Source of the DNA: Verrucomicrobiaceae bacterium
GTDB taxonomy: Bacteria > Verrucomicrobiota > Verrucomicrobiia > Verrucomicrobiales > Akkermansiaceae
Length of the DNA stretch: 64,000 bases
Reading direction: 5' to 3'
Assembly: GCA_051252135.1 (NCBI GenBank)
Contig: JBPOGH010000002.1
Location: 128,001-192,000 of the forward strand
The notes under the pieces are model-generated. The model did no database searches and was not told where the DNA came from. It saw only the letters and a program-made list of their open reading frames with translations. Of the stretch, positions 1-9,846 are shown piece by piece; the stretch's first letter is position 1, and every line of letters starts with the position of its first letter. A program made the translations under genes and the position numbers.

Positions 1-374
1 GAGTCGGTGGTGGTTTTGAGTTTATCGGCGTCGAGGGTTTCGGGGAGGTCGCCTTCGACCTGGCCGCTGCCGTCGTGCTCGATGCCCATGCCATCGCAGA
101 AGGTTTTGAGGATGTCTTGCTGGCCTTTCATGAACCAGACCTGGAAGAGGTGTTCGCCTACGGTATCGCTGGTGCGGAGTTTGAGGGTTTTGTGGAGCCA
201 GGCGGCCTGGTCGGCGGGTGATTTTTTCTGAACGAAGATGGGGCGGAGTTTCCGGTTGGCAGCGAGGCTTCCAACGGCGGTGTTGTAGAGTTCCTTTTCG
301 TTGGTGCGGAGCCACTGGCACATGTCGGAGACGAGTGAGTGGTCAATTTCCTGATAGATTTCGTAAGCGTTCAC
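1..374 (-). CDS. Conserved hypothetical protein, 3' end runs off the window (not in ORF track)
   Basis: Manual translation from GTG at 374 gives an open frame to the edge: MNAYEIYQEIDHSLVSDMCQWLRTNEKELYNTAVGSLAANRKLRPIFVQKK...FCDGMGIEHDGSGQVEGDLPE. C-ending codon usage matches other minus-strand genes. Confidence 0.8.
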   Translation of the reverse strand, partial: MNAYEIYQEIDHSLVSDMCQWLRTNEKELYNTAVGSLAANRKLRPIFVQKKSPADQAAWLHKTLKLRTSDTVGEHLFQVWFMKGQQDILKTFCDGMGIEHDGSGQVEGDLPETLDADKLKTTTD

Positions 375-462
375 GGTTGTTTTTATCTGCGGGGAGTCAA
401 CACTTCGGGCCGGTGAAGGCAAGAGGAAAGGCCCGCACCGCTCTGTGAGTGAGCTCTTTTTG

Positions 463-1104
463 ATGAACGATTCCGAAATTACCCCCAAACCGGCTCCTTC
501 TCGCGGAGGAGGTCGCATTTTTGCTTTCTTTATCGGGCTGACCATCTTGGTGGTCGGCGGGATGGCGGCGTTTTATTATTTTGTGGGGAAGCCGGCGATG
601 TCTCCGATGGACCGCTTGGCGGAGGCCTTGAAGAATGTGACGGAGGGGGAGGTGACGGTGACGGGGTCGAGTGTGACTTTGGCGCGGGGTGAGATGCGGG
701 AGTTGGCGGTGGAGGAGCGGCGGGTGCAGAGCATGGTGAAGTATGAGACGAAGTGGATGGGCTCGGATAAGATGATTATTGTGAAGGGGGAGTTTTTGGT
801 GAAGGCGGGGTTTGATCTGACGGAGTTTGACGGGTTTGAGCTGGAGGGGGAGAAGGTGGTGGGGCAGTGGCCGAAGGCGAAGGTGCTGAGTGTGGAGCAG
901 CTGAGCCACGAGATTTTCTTTTCGAAAAGCGGGGTGGTGAACAAGTTGAGCGAGCGGGATTTTGAGCAGGTGGTGAACTTGCTGCAGCAGCAGGCGCGGG
1001 AGGATGCGGAGCTGCGGAGTGATATTCTGGAGTCGGCGGAGCGGGTGATCCAGCGTCGGCTGGAGGACTTGAGTGGCGGGGCGTATGAGTGGAAGCCCCA
1101 ATAA
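463..1104 (+). CDS. DUF4230-like membrane-anchored protein
   Basis: Single N-terminal TM helix; 'ELAVEE...IVKGEFLVKAGFDL...PKAKVLSVE...ILESAERVIQRRLEDL' pattern typical of DUF4230. ATG 463 preferred over GTG 445. Confidence 0.7.
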   Translation: MNDSEITPKPAPSRGGGRIFAFFIGLTILVVGGMAAFYYFVGKPAMSPMDRLAEALKNVTEGEVTVTGSSVTLARGEMRELAVEERRVQSMVKYETKWMGSDKMIIVKGEFLVKAGFDLTEFDGFELEGEKVVGQWPKAKVLSVEQLSHEIFFSKSGVVNKLSERDFEQVVNLLQQQAREDAELRSDILESAERVIQRRLEDLSGGAYEWKPQ

Positions 1105-1150
1105 AGGAGCTTTTCGGGTGTCTGCTTTTTAGAATAGAACTCCCGTTGCC

Positions 1151-2059
1151 ATGAACTATGCCTCCCTTTTTTTAGTGCTCAGTGTGATGGGGGCTTCGGC
1201 CCGGACGTGGACTTCGTCAGACGGGAAGGCACTGGAGGCGAGTTTTGTTTCGGCAACGGAGACGGAGGTGACGCTGAAGCTGGATCGAGGCGGGAGGGTG
1301 GTGACGATTCCGCTGACGCGGCTGAGTGAGGAGGATCGGATTTTTATCAAGGAGGAGGCGAAGCCGGAGGAGCCGGAGGCGACGGAGCTGGAGGGGGAGT
1401 ATGCGCATCTGGTGACGGGGGAGTGGGTGATGGCGGAGCATGGGAGTCTTCCTTATGCGTTTTATGGGGGGAAGGAGCTGAATGGTTCTTCGAAGGTGCC
1501 GCTGGTGATTTCGCTGCACGGGAAGAGTGATAACAATGAGAACGGGAAGCAGATCGGGTTTGCGCGGAAGTTCGCGGAGGGGGCGAATTATGGGGAGCGG
1601 CCTTGTTTGATTTTGGCTCCGTTGTGTTACCAGCCGCATGGGGCGACGGGGGGAGGTTGGGATGATGCGCCGGGGGAGGAGACGTTGGATTTGGTGAAGG
1701 ATTTGTTGAAGAAGCTGCCGATTATTGATGAGAAGCGGGTGTATGTGATCGGGTATTCGATGGGAGGATTTGGGACGTGGCATTTCCTGAAGGAGGAGCC
1801 GAAGATCTTTGCGGCGGGGGTGCCGATTGCGGGGGGATCGAGCGGGGTGGGGAAGTTGAAGTCGATGCCGATCTGGTCCTTTCACGGGGCGAAGGATGCG
1901 GTGGTGCCGCCGGACTATGCGCGGAATTGTGCGGAGGAGCTGAAGCGCTCAAAGGTTTTCAAATACACCGAGTTCCCGGAAGCGGGGCACGGGATCGCGG
2001 GGGATGTGACGGCGGATGTGGAGCTGCACAAGTGGCTCTTTGCGCAGGCGCGGAAGTAG
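1151..2059 (+). CDS. Secreted alpha/beta-hydrolase (predicted esterase/peptidase) with N-terminal SHD1 domain
   Basis: Signal peptide; SHD1-like 'RTWTSSDGKALEASFV...IPLTRLSEEDRIFI'; nucleophile elbow GYSMG; 'FHGAKDAVVP' Asp and 'EAGHG' His. Confidence 0.8.
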   Translation: MNYASLFLVLSVMGASARTWTSSDGKALEASFVSATETEVTLKLDRGGRVVTIPLTRLSEEDRIFIKEEAKPEEPEATELEGEYAHLVTGEWVMAEHGSLPYAFYGGKELNGSSKVPLVISLHGKSDNNENGKQIGFARKFAEGANYGERPCLILAPLCYQPHGATGGGWDDAPGEETLDLVKDLLKKLPIIDEKRVYVIGYSMGGFGTWHFLKEEPKIFAAGVPIAGGSSGVGKLKSMPIWSFHGAKDAVVPPDYARNCAEELKRSKVFKYTEFPEAGHGIAGDVTADVELHKWLFAQARK

Positions 2060-2061
2060 TC

Positions 2062-4389
2062 CTACTCGGCGGGAGAGACGGAGTGCCATTTGTTGATGGC
2101 GGGGTTTTTGAGGGTGCGTGAGGTGCCGTCGGCCCAGGTGATGTCGAGGGCGTTGACGGAGGTGGCTTTTCCGAGTCCGAAGTGGATGGCGGAGGGCTTT
2201 TGGGAGGCGAAGGAGCCGCCGGTGGTGACGACGGAAGTTTCCTTTGAGCCATCGGCGCGAGTGATGGTGACGCGGGCGTTCCAGGGGGCGGGGGAGGCAT
2301 CGGGTCCTCCGAGGTCGATCCCGATCCAACCGGTGTCGGCTTTTCCGGCGGGGATGGTGTTCTCGTAGATGACGAGGCGGTGGATGGTTTCTTCGCCGGG
2401 CTCGAGGATGGTGATGATGAGGTCCATGTCGCCATCGCGGTCGAGGTCCGTGGAGATGACGGCGCGGGAGTCGCCCTCCTGGGAGAGGCCGAGGAGGAAG
2501 GAGAGGTTGGTGAATTGGTTGGGCGCTTGCTGGATGAAGGCGACGTTATGCTCGTAGCCGTTCCAGGAGGTCTCGTAGTTGACGAGGGGTTCGAGTTGTT
2601 TGGCGAAGTGGGTGTTCCATTTTTGGCCGTCTTTTTTACGGAGGGGGGTGTAGATGTCGTGTCGCCAGAAGGTGGAGCAGTAGTCATCGGCGGATTTTCC
2701 GCTGACGTGGCCGTTGGCGATGTAGAGGTCACGGAGGCCGTTGTTGTCGAGATCGGGGGCGGCGGCTCCCCAGGACCAGCCGGATTCGGCGAGGTCGTGC
2801 GCCCAAGCGGGTTCGGTGAGGGCGAAGGAGGGGTCGTCTTTTGAGAAATAGATGCGGTTGCCGTAGCCCATGGAGGCGCGTTGGGCGGTGATTTTTTTCT
2901 CCCCTGCGAGGCCGAGGTTCATGCCTTCGAGGCGGCGGGCGGTGGTGGAGGCCATGCCGACGGCGAAGAGGTCGGTGCGGGAGTCGCGGTCGAAGTCGGC
3001 AAGGACGTGGGTCATGCCGAAGAGTCGGGGTTGGGTGAGCCAGGTGGCGGTGCGGTCGGTGAATTGGCCTTTTCCGTTGCCTTCGAAGACATCGACTCCG
3101 GCGAAGTCGCTGGTGAGGATGAGGTCGAGGTGGGAGTCGGCGTTGATGTCGGCAAAGGAGGCGGCGTAGTTGCGACGGTGGCGTTTTTTGCCGAGGCCGG
3201 AAGAGTCGGTGATGTCGGTGAACTGGCCTTTTCCGTCGTTGAGGAGGAGGTAGGAGGGGTAGCCGTCGTTGGCATCGTAGAAGGGTTCGGGGACTTCGCC
3301 GCCTTGGTAAGGGGAGCGGTATTGGCCGAGGAAGATGTCGAGGTCGCCATCGTGATCGATATCGGCGGCGGTGATGGCCTGAGTGGCGGGGAGTTTGGCG
3401 TCGAAGCAAGGGCGTCCTCCTTCGAAGAGGGGGCCTTTTTTGCCGATTTCATCGAGTGGTTTTCCGGCGAAGAGGCGGAGGGTGAGGTCGAGGGTGTCGG
3501 CGGCGAGGATGTCGACGCGGCCGTCGCCATTGAAGTCGCCCAGGATGGCGCCGGAGCTGATGGGCTCGGCGTAGGCGGTGATTTTGGCGGGGGTGAAGCC
3601 GAGGTCGCCGTTATTGAGAAGGATGGCGTTGGTTCCGCCGAGGAGGATGTCGGGGAGTCCGTCGCGGTTGAGGTCATCAACGAGGACGGGGTGGAGGCGT
3701 TCGGAGTTGAGTGAGTTGATCTCGCGGGCGTGGAGTTCTTTGATGATTTTGAAGGGGAGGGTGCCCTCGCGGGTCAGGGCGCTGAGGCCGGAGGCGTCGA
3801 CTTCGAGCCATTTGGGGGACTCTCCTTTTTTTTGCCGGTTGGCGGGAATCCAGGTGGTGTGGATGTGGCCGCGGAGGATGAGTCGCTTGTGGTTGGCGGA
3901 ATTATTTTCGAGGTGAAGGGTGATGTTGAAGGTGGAGGTGGCTGATTTTTCGGGGGCTGCGGCCTTTTTGAAGGAAAGGTGGTGCCATTCCGACTCGACA
4001 AGAAGCCAGCCGGAGTCTTTGAGGGACTTGAGAAAGGCGGAGAACCGGTTGCGGTCGAGGGTTTGTTTTTCAGTGTCCGCGGGGGCATGCCGGGAGATGG
4101 TGCCGAAGGGGCTTTCGCCGATGTTCTGAAAGTTGAAACGGGCCGGAAGGATGACTGTTTCGGGAAGGTAGGGTTCTGCAACGGCCGGGAAATCCTGATC
4201 AGCGCGAAGGGTGTCCCAGAGAGCGGTGACGGTGTTTCCGTGTCGTCCGGCTTCGGTTTCTTCCGCGAAGGCGGAGGCGTCGAGGGCCTGGCGTTCGAGG
4301 TCGATTTCATTGGTATCCTGAGCTTTGAGAGCTCCGGCGAGCGCGAGGATCAGGGCGAGGTTACATCGATGCAACAAAATGAGTGACAC
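2062..4389 (-). CDS. CRTAC1-family protein (FG-GAP/VCBS repeats plus ASPIC/UnbV C-terminal domain)
   Basis: Many DxNxDGxxD repeats (DLNRDGLPD, DFNGDGRVD, DIDHDGDLD, DLDNNGLRD, DLDRDGDMD); C-terminal 'GGSFASQ...IHFGLG...ITWADG'. Confidence 0.85.
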   Translation of the reverse strand: MSLILLHRCNLALILALAGALKAQDTNEIDLERQALDASAFAEETEAGRHGNTVTALWDTLRADQDFPAVAEPYLPETVILPARFNFQNIGESPFGTISRHAPADTEKQTLDRNRFSAFLKSLKDSGWLLVESEWHHLSFKKAAAPEKSATSTFNITLHLENNSANHKRLILRGHIHTTWIPANRQKKGESPKWLEVDASGLSALTREGTLPFKIIKELHAREINSLNSERLHPVLVDDLNRDGLPDILLGGTNAILLNNGDLGFTPAKITAYAEPISSGAILGDFNGDGRVDILAADTLDLTLRLFAGKPLDEIGKKGPLFEGGRPCFDAKLPATQAITAADIDHDGDLDIFLGQYRSPYQGGEVPEPFYDANDGYPSYLLLNDGKGQFTDITDSSGLGKKRHRRNYAASFADINADSHLDLILTSDFAGVDVFEGNGKGQFTDRTATWLTQPRLFGMTHVLADFDRDSRTDLFAVGMASTTARRLEGMNLGLAGEKKITAQRASMGYGNRIYFSKDDPSFALTEPAWAHDLAESGWSWGAAAPDLDNNGLRDLYIANGHVSGKSADDYCSTFWRHDIYTPLRKKDGQKWNTHFAKQLEPLVNYETSWNGYEHNVAFIQQAPNQFTNLSFLLGLSQEGDSRAVISTDLDRDGDMDLIITILEPGEETIHRLVIYENTIPAGKADTGWIGIDLGGPDASPAPWNARVTITRADGSKETSVVTTGGSFASQKPSAIHFGLGKATSVNALDITWADGTSRTLKNPAINKWHSVSPAE

Positions 4390-4454
4390 ATGGTCTCAAT
4401 AATGTTGAACTGGCCGGACAGCAACAGCAAAAACTGAGCTGGGATCTACAGATT

Positions 4455-5345
4455 ATGAAAAACACACTAAAAGCAACATCGATTCTTCTCGGGTTGTCGG
4501 TAGGCAGCGCGAGTGCGGTCACGACGACTTTGGTGGATACTTTCGGGGACGGCAACATTGCCACAAACACTGACGGCACCGTGCCAGCAGGAGTTGACGG
4601 GACTTATTCCACGGACATCAACGGCACGATTGTTGAGTCGGGTGGAGCTCAGACCAATACGCCGGCTGACGGCAACTGGGCGCGGACCGAGCTTCATCAC
4701 AACAATGACTACGCGAGGCCAGCTGCCCCGGGCGAATCATTGACCTTCAGCTGGACGATCGGCAATGTCAACGTGACGACGGACCGGACGCCATCTACCG
4801 ATAATGATCATGATTACCGTGTGCAGCTCAATGCAATTTCCGCGAACCGTGCCCAAGGTGGCGGATCGGAGCGTTGGTTGGTGACAGAAGGTGCAATCAG
4901 CCTCGATCTTTTCTTCAATGAGAGTGCCCTATCTGGATCGCGATCCGTGCAGAGCAGCTTCTTCACGAAGAGTGATGATCAAGCGGGTAGTTCCGATGGA
5001 TCGAACCAAGGTGATCTGGTTTTCACGCAGACGCAGTGGGACTGGAATACGACCGACAATACGATTTCCCTGGAAATCACGGACACCGGTTACACCTGGT
5101 CAGACAGCCTTGGCTTGATTAACTTCACGCAGACTTTTGCTGCGAACGCTGACATGGACGCGATCCCTGCTGAGTTCACCAACGGCATTTGGGCATTCCA
5201 TGACGGTCAGAACAATGACAACGGTCGTGGAAATCACCAGTTGAAGGAATTCACTGCGGTTTCGGTTTCAGTGATTCCCGAGCCTTCGGCAGTTCTTCTT
5301 TCCCTTCTCGGTGTGATTGGTGTGAGCCTTCGCCGCCGTCGATAG
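4455..5345 (+). CDS. PEP-CTERM protein-sorting domain protein
   Basis: Signal peptide MKNTLKATSILLGLSVGSASA; C-terminal IPEPSAVLLSLLGVIGVSLRRRR. Confidence 0.9.
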   Translation: MKNTLKATSILLGLSVGSASAVTTTLVDTFGDGNIATNTDGTVPAGVDGTYSTDINGTIVESGGAQTNTPADGNWARTELHHNNDYARPAAPGESLTFSWTIGNVNVTTDRTPSTDNDHDYRVQLNAISANRAQGGGSERWLVTEGAISLDLFFNESALSGSRSVQSSFFTKSDDQAGSSDGSNQGDLVFTQTQWDWNTTDNTISLEITDTGYTWSDSLGLINFTQTFAANADMDAIPAEFTNGIWAFHDGQNNDNGRGNHQLKEFTAVSVSVIPEPSAVLLSLLGVIGVSLRRRR

Positions 5346-5366
5346 GAAGTGTCCTGATCTTTTTTC

Positions 5367-5404
5367 AACCCGCCGAGGCAGTGATGCCCGGCGGGTTTTT
5401 CTTT
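5367..5404 (+). terminator. Rho-independent terminator
   Basis: AACCCGCCG(A)GGCA-gtga-TGCCCGGCGGGTT stem followed by TTTCTTT, just after the PEP-CTERM stop. Confidence 0.75.
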
Positions 5405-5419
5405 GGGTTGGATGGAAGT

Positions 5420-5453
5420 AAAAAGCCTTCTCTGTTTCCAGAGAAGGCTTTTT
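5420..5453. terminator. Perfect 15-bp hairpin with A/T tails (bidirectional terminator-like)
   Basis: AAAAAGCCTTCTCTG-tttc-CAGAGAAGGCTTTTT. Confidence 0.6.
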
Positions 5454-5784
5454 GGGGGTCAGGGTGAACTGAGAGCGCTTTGGCGCTTCCCGCTTGAAAG
5501 GGTTTTGATACCGCCGGAGGTTTTGATCTGGAACCAAGCTGCGGGGCAATGGTGCCCGAGGGTGAAGCTGTCATGATTCCTTCCCATTATTCCGAGGGTG
5601 AGGTGCCTGATTTAATTTTTTTACCATTTAATATCCGACAAGCCAAACATTTTTATAAATAAGAGGGGAGGGGGGGAGTGTCGGGGGTGGGATTTTAAAA
5701 ATAAAGGGAGGGTTCCATGATCAGCCATCACAGTCACTTGACTGATTCCTTGGGAAAGATGAGAGTTTTGGCCGTTATAGTCGT

Positions 5785-8079
5785 ATGAATGCTCTCATGA
5801 ATTTTCGATCACTCGTTTGGGGGGCCGTTTTGTCGGTATCTCCGGTTGCGTCCGCACAAGTTGAAGGCTGGCTGAGCTGGCGAGGGCCGTTTCAGACAGG
5901 GGTCTCGGCAGAGACGGATTTGCCATCCACCTGGGAGCCGGGCGGGGAGAATGAGTTATGGAAGTATGATTTGAACGGCGCGGGAGCTCCGGTGATCGGG
6001 AATGGCAATTTGTATGCCTTTGGGTATGGACAGGATGGGCCGGATCCGGCGGAAGATGTGCAGGAGATTTTGGTTTGTCTGGATGCGGTGACGGGGGAGA
6101 AGAAGTGGGAGAAGCGATTTAGCGATTATAATTCCGACGTGGTGTATAACCGGTATGGGATTGGTTCGCCGGTGATTGATCCGGAAACCGGCAATGTGTA
6201 TCTACAGACCTCCAATGGACGTTGTGTGGCTTTCACGGCAGATGGTGAAGAGCTTTGGGAGATTTCGTTGATGGAGGAGTTGGCGAGGCTAACTTTTCCG
6301 AACGGGCGGACGGGATCGGCTGCGGTGGATGGTCCGGTGGTGATTTTTCACTGTGTGACGGCAAACTGGGGAACGACGGGTCCGGCGCAGGATCGTTTTT
6401 ATGCCTTTGATAAGATTACGGGCGAGCTGGTGTGGTATTCGAGCCCGGGAGTGCGTCCGGTGGACAGCTCGTTCGGGATGCCGGTCTTCGGTCAGTTGGG
6501 CAACCAGCGTGTTTTTTATGCCGGCACGGGATGCGGGAATGTGGTGTGTGTGAATGCGCGCACGGGTGAGCCGGTGTGGCGTTTCCATCTGTCGCAGGGC
6601 GGGGTGAACTCGCAGGTTCTCCTTTATGGGAAGGACAAGCTCATTGCGATTCACGGCAATGAGAATATTGATTCGACCTCGAAGGGGCGTTTGGTATGCC
6701 TCAAGATTCCAACGGAATATCCTGAGGAACAGCTGGTCCTTGGAAAAGAGGTTGAGGTGTGGCGGAACAACGAGCACGACGGTTTTAGCAGCTCCCCGAT
6801 TCTCGTGGGGAACCGGGTTTACACGACGAACTTCACGGGTGAGCTGATCTCGGTAGATGCCGATTCGGGGGAAACCCTTTGGCATGAGAAGCTTGCTCCC
6901 GACCAGATTCACGCTTCTCCTGTCTATGCTGACGGCAAGATTTACGCGCCTTGGTTTGAGGGTTCCCTTTCGATTGTGAAGCCGACGGATGAGAAGGCCG
7001 AGGTGCTATCGGTGGCTCACATTAAAGAGGCTGACGGCAGCGGAGTGGCTTGTCTCGCGTCTCCCACCATTTGGGCGGGGAAGGTTTACCTCTCCACCCG
7101 CCATGGATTGTATTGTTTTGGTAATAAGGATGGCGAGTTCAAGGGCGGTGATGCCGCAGGCGAGCAGGAGGTAGCCGGAGAGATCACCCAACTTCAGGTG
7201 GTGCCGGCCGAATTTGCGATCGCACCGGGACAGACCCAGGAATTCAAGGTCTGGGGTCTGGATGAAAAAGGTCTGCGGGTGAAAGTGATTACCGAGGGAA
7301 TGAGCTGGGAAAAGTTCATTCCGCCGACCGCGAAGGTGAAGGCCAAGGTTGACGCCGAAGTGGATCCGAAAATGGGCACAGTCACGGCAGGACCGGATGC
7401 AAAACTTTCCGCGGGCGCGCTGAAAGTGACCTACAACGGAATGGCTGCAACCACGCGCGGACGGATTGAGGCAACGGTGGGTTATCATGCCGATTTTGAG
7501 GATGTGGTGCTGAACATGGACTCTCCCGAGGGTGAGAAGGTGGCCTTCCCGCCGCTGGCATGGCTCGGAGCGCGTGTGAAATGGTATGTTTTGGAAAAAG
7601 ACGGGAGCAAGGTGATTGCGAACCGTCTCGATAATGTTCTTTTTCAGCGCACGATGAACTTCTTCGGAGGTGAGGATATGAAGAATTACACCCTTGAGGC
7701 TGATGTGATGACCGACGGGAATCGTCGGATCAAGTCGGAGGTTGGGCTGGTGAACCAGCGTTACCGGATCACCCTGGTGGGGAACAAGAACCAGCTTGAA
7801 GTTTCGAGCAACTACGAGCGCATGCAAAGCTCGGTGCCATTCCCGGTTAAAGCGAATACCTGGTATCATTTGAAAACCGCGATCAGGGACAATGGTGATG
7901 GGACCGGGGCGATTCTTGGAAAGGCCTGGACCAGGGGCGAGGAGGAGCCTGCGGATTGGACGATTGAGGCTCCGGTGAAACGATTGCATCCGCAGGGTGC
8001 TCCGGGCGTGTTTGCATTCTCGCCCCAGGCGCAGAAAAGAGTCTACATGGACAACATCAAGATCACGGCAGGAAAATAG
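5785..8079 (+). CDS. PQQ-like (BamB-type) beta-propeller repeat protein with C-terminal beta-sandwich domains
   Basis: Signal peptide, 'WLSWRGP' start motif, repeated 'CLDAVTGEKKWE / AFDKITGELVW / CVNARTGEPVW / SVDADSGETLW' blades. Confidence 0.8.
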   Translation: MNALMNFRSLVWGAVLSVSPVASAQVEGWLSWRGPFQTGVSAETDLPSTWEPGGENELWKYDLNGAGAPVIGNGNLYAFGYGQDGPDPAEDVQEILVCLDAVTGEKKWEKRFSDYNSDVVYNRYGIGSPVIDPETGNVYLQTSNGRCVAFTADGEELWEISLMEELARLTFPNGRTGSAAVDGPVVIFHCVTANWGTTGPAQDRFYAFDKITGELVWYSSPGVRPVDSSFGMPVFGQLGNQRVFYAGTGCGNVVCVNARTGEPVWRFHLSQGGVNSQVLLYGKDKLIAIHGNENIDSTSKGRLVCLKIPTEYPEEQLVLGKEVEVWRNNEHDGFSSSPILVGNRVYTTNFTGELISVDADSGETLWHEKLAPDQIHASPVYADGKIYAPWFEGSLSIVKPTDEKAEVLSVAHIKEADGSGVACLASPTIWAGKVYLSTRHGLYCFGNKDGEFKGGDAAGEQEVAGEITQLQVVPAEFAIAPGQTQEFKVWGLDEKGLRVKVITEGMSWEKFIPPTAKVKAKVDAEVDPKMGTVTAGPDAKLSAGALKVTYNGMAATTRGRIEATVGYHADFEDVVLNMDSPEGEKVAFPPLAWLGARVKWYVLEKDGSKVIANRLDNVLFQRTMNFFGGEDMKNYTLEADVMTDGNRRIKSEVGLVNQRYRITLVGNKNQLEVSSNYERMQSSVPFPVKANTWYHLKTAIRDNGDGTGAILGKAWTRGEEEPADWTIEAPVKRLHPQGAPGVFAFSPQAQKRVYMDNIKITAGK

Positions 8080-8115
8080 GCCACTCTCCAACAACTTTAC
8101 GAACACATTTAAGCT

Positions 8116-9699
8116 ATGAAACTTACTGATCTTCTCCCGCTATCCGCGCTTTTGGTGCTGAGCTGCGACGATGCAAAAACCGACCCTGCCGGTGCGGATC
8201 CCGCACCGGAAAAAGAAGCCGCGGCGGAGGCTCCGGCGGCAATACCCCTCACGACCGATTGGCCGATGTGGGGTGGAACACCTGATCGTAATATGACGGG
8301 GGTGGCCACTGATCTTCCCGTGGACATTGATCCAGGTGATCTTGATGATGACACCGAGGCGGCGGTTTTGACCGATGCCAAGAACATCAAGTGGGCGGTA
8401 AAGTTGGGATCGCAGGCTTACGGAAATACCGTGGTGGCCGGTGGGAAAGTATTGGTGGGGACGAACAACGAATCTCCCCGCGATGCGAAGCAGGAAGGTG
8501 ACCGCGGGGTGCTGATGTGCTTTGACGAGAAGGATGGTTCCTTTTTGTGGCAGCTGGTCATTCCCAAGCTCGGTGCCGGTAAGGTGAGCGACTGGGAGTA
8601 TGTGGGGCTTTGTTCCTCTCCGGCGGTGGAAGGTGACCGGATGTGGCTGGTGACCAATCGTGGCGAAGTGATTTGTCTCGATGTCAACGGGATGGCTGAT
8701 GGCAATGACGGACCGTTCAAGGATGAGGCGAAGTATTCCTCCTCTGACGGTGCGCCGGTAGAGATTGGAGCGCAATCGGCGGACATTATTTGGGTTTACG
8801 ACATGCGGGTGGAGCTTGGGGTTTTTCCTCATAACGTGTCCTCCTGTTCTCCGGTGGTGGTGGGCGACAAGCTCTTTACGGCGACGTCGAACGGCGTTGA
8901 TTGGTCACACACCAACATTCCCAACGAGTCCGCACCTTCATTGGTCGCCCTTGATAAGGTGACCGGGGAGCTGGTGGGTGAAGAGGCGGCAGGGGTGTCG
9001 ACCCGGGTGCTTCATGCCAGCTGGTCGTCTCCGGCCTATGGGAAGCTCGATGGGAAAGATGCCATTGTCTGGGGTGGTGGAGATGGATTCACCTACGCCT
9101 TTGACCCTGTTCCGGTGAAGGACGAGGAAGGCTTCGGAATTTTCAAGGAATTGTGGCGTCACGACTGCAATCCTGCGGAGTATCGCGAGAAGGATGGCAA
9201 GCCCGTCAAGTATGCGACCTACTCCGGTCCCAGTGAGGTGATTGGTACGACAATTGTCGTAGATGGCCTGGTTTACTCCATCATTGGTCAGGATCCCGAG
9301 CATGGAGACGGCGTGGGGATGGTGACCTGCATTGGTCCGGACGGTAAGACAGTCTGGAGCAGTAAGGAAGTGGGTCGTTCGATTTCAACGATGAGTGTGG
9401 CGGACGGACTTCTCTATGCCGCCGAATACGATGGTGACATCCATTGTTACGACGCCAAGACCGGCGAGCCGTATTGGGTTCATGAAACGCAGTCCCGGAT
9501 TTGGGGTTCCACTCTGGTGGCTGATGGGAAAGTCTGGTTGGGCACCGAAGATGGCGAAGTGCACATTCTGAAGGCCGGCAAGGAGAAGGAAGTGTTGGGA
9601 ACGATCGAGTTCCCGGCGCCGATTTATTCCAGTGCGGTGGTGGCGAACAATGTGATCTACATTGCGACGCAGACGCACCTTTACGCGATCGGGAAGTAG
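8116..9699 (+). CDS. PQQ-like beta-propeller repeat lipoprotein
   Basis: Lipobox LVLSC; 'WPMWGGTPDRN'; propeller repeats; C-terminal 'IYIATQTHLYAIG'. Confidence 0.85.
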   Translation: MKLTDLLPLSALLVLSCDDAKTDPAGADPAPEKEAAAEAPAAIPLTTDWPMWGGTPDRNMTGVATDLPVDIDPGDLDDDTEAAVLTDAKNIKWAVKLGSQAYGNTVVAGGKVLVGTNNESPRDAKQEGDRGVLMCFDEKDGSFLWQLVIPKLGAGKVSDWEYVGLCSSPAVEGDRMWLVTNRGEVICLDVNGMADGNDGPFKDEAKYSSSDGAPVEIGAQSADIIWVYDMRVELGVFPHNVSSCSPVVVGDKLFTATSNGVDWSHTNIPNESAPSLVALDKVTGELVGEEAAGVSTRVLHASWSSPAYGKLDGKDAIVWGGGDGFTYAFDPVPVKDEEGFGIFKELWRHDCNPAEYREKDGKPVKYATYSGPSEVIGTTIVVDGLVYSIIGQDPEHGDGVGMVTCIGPDGKTVWSSKEVGRSISTMSVADGLLYAAEYDGDIHCYDAKTGEPYWVHETQSRIWGSTLVADGKVWLGTEDGEVHILKAGKEKEVLGTIEFPAPIYSSAVVANNVIYIATQTHLYAIGK

Positions 9700-9722
9700 T
9701 TCGAATTCCCTTTTGATTTCTC

Positions 9723-9765
9723 AACCCCGAAGTTCTCCTGATGGAGACTCCGGGGTTTCTTCTTT
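9723..9765 (+). terminator. Rho-independent terminator
   Basis: AACCCCG..TCTCC-tgat-GGAGA..CGGGGTT followed by TCTTCTTT. Confidence 0.65.
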
Positions 9766-9846
9766 ATATGGTTGTCCCTCAAGGGTTCAGTGGGACTGAT
9801 TGTTTGAGGTTGAGACAATGTGGGGAAAGTGATATCCCGCAGGAAG

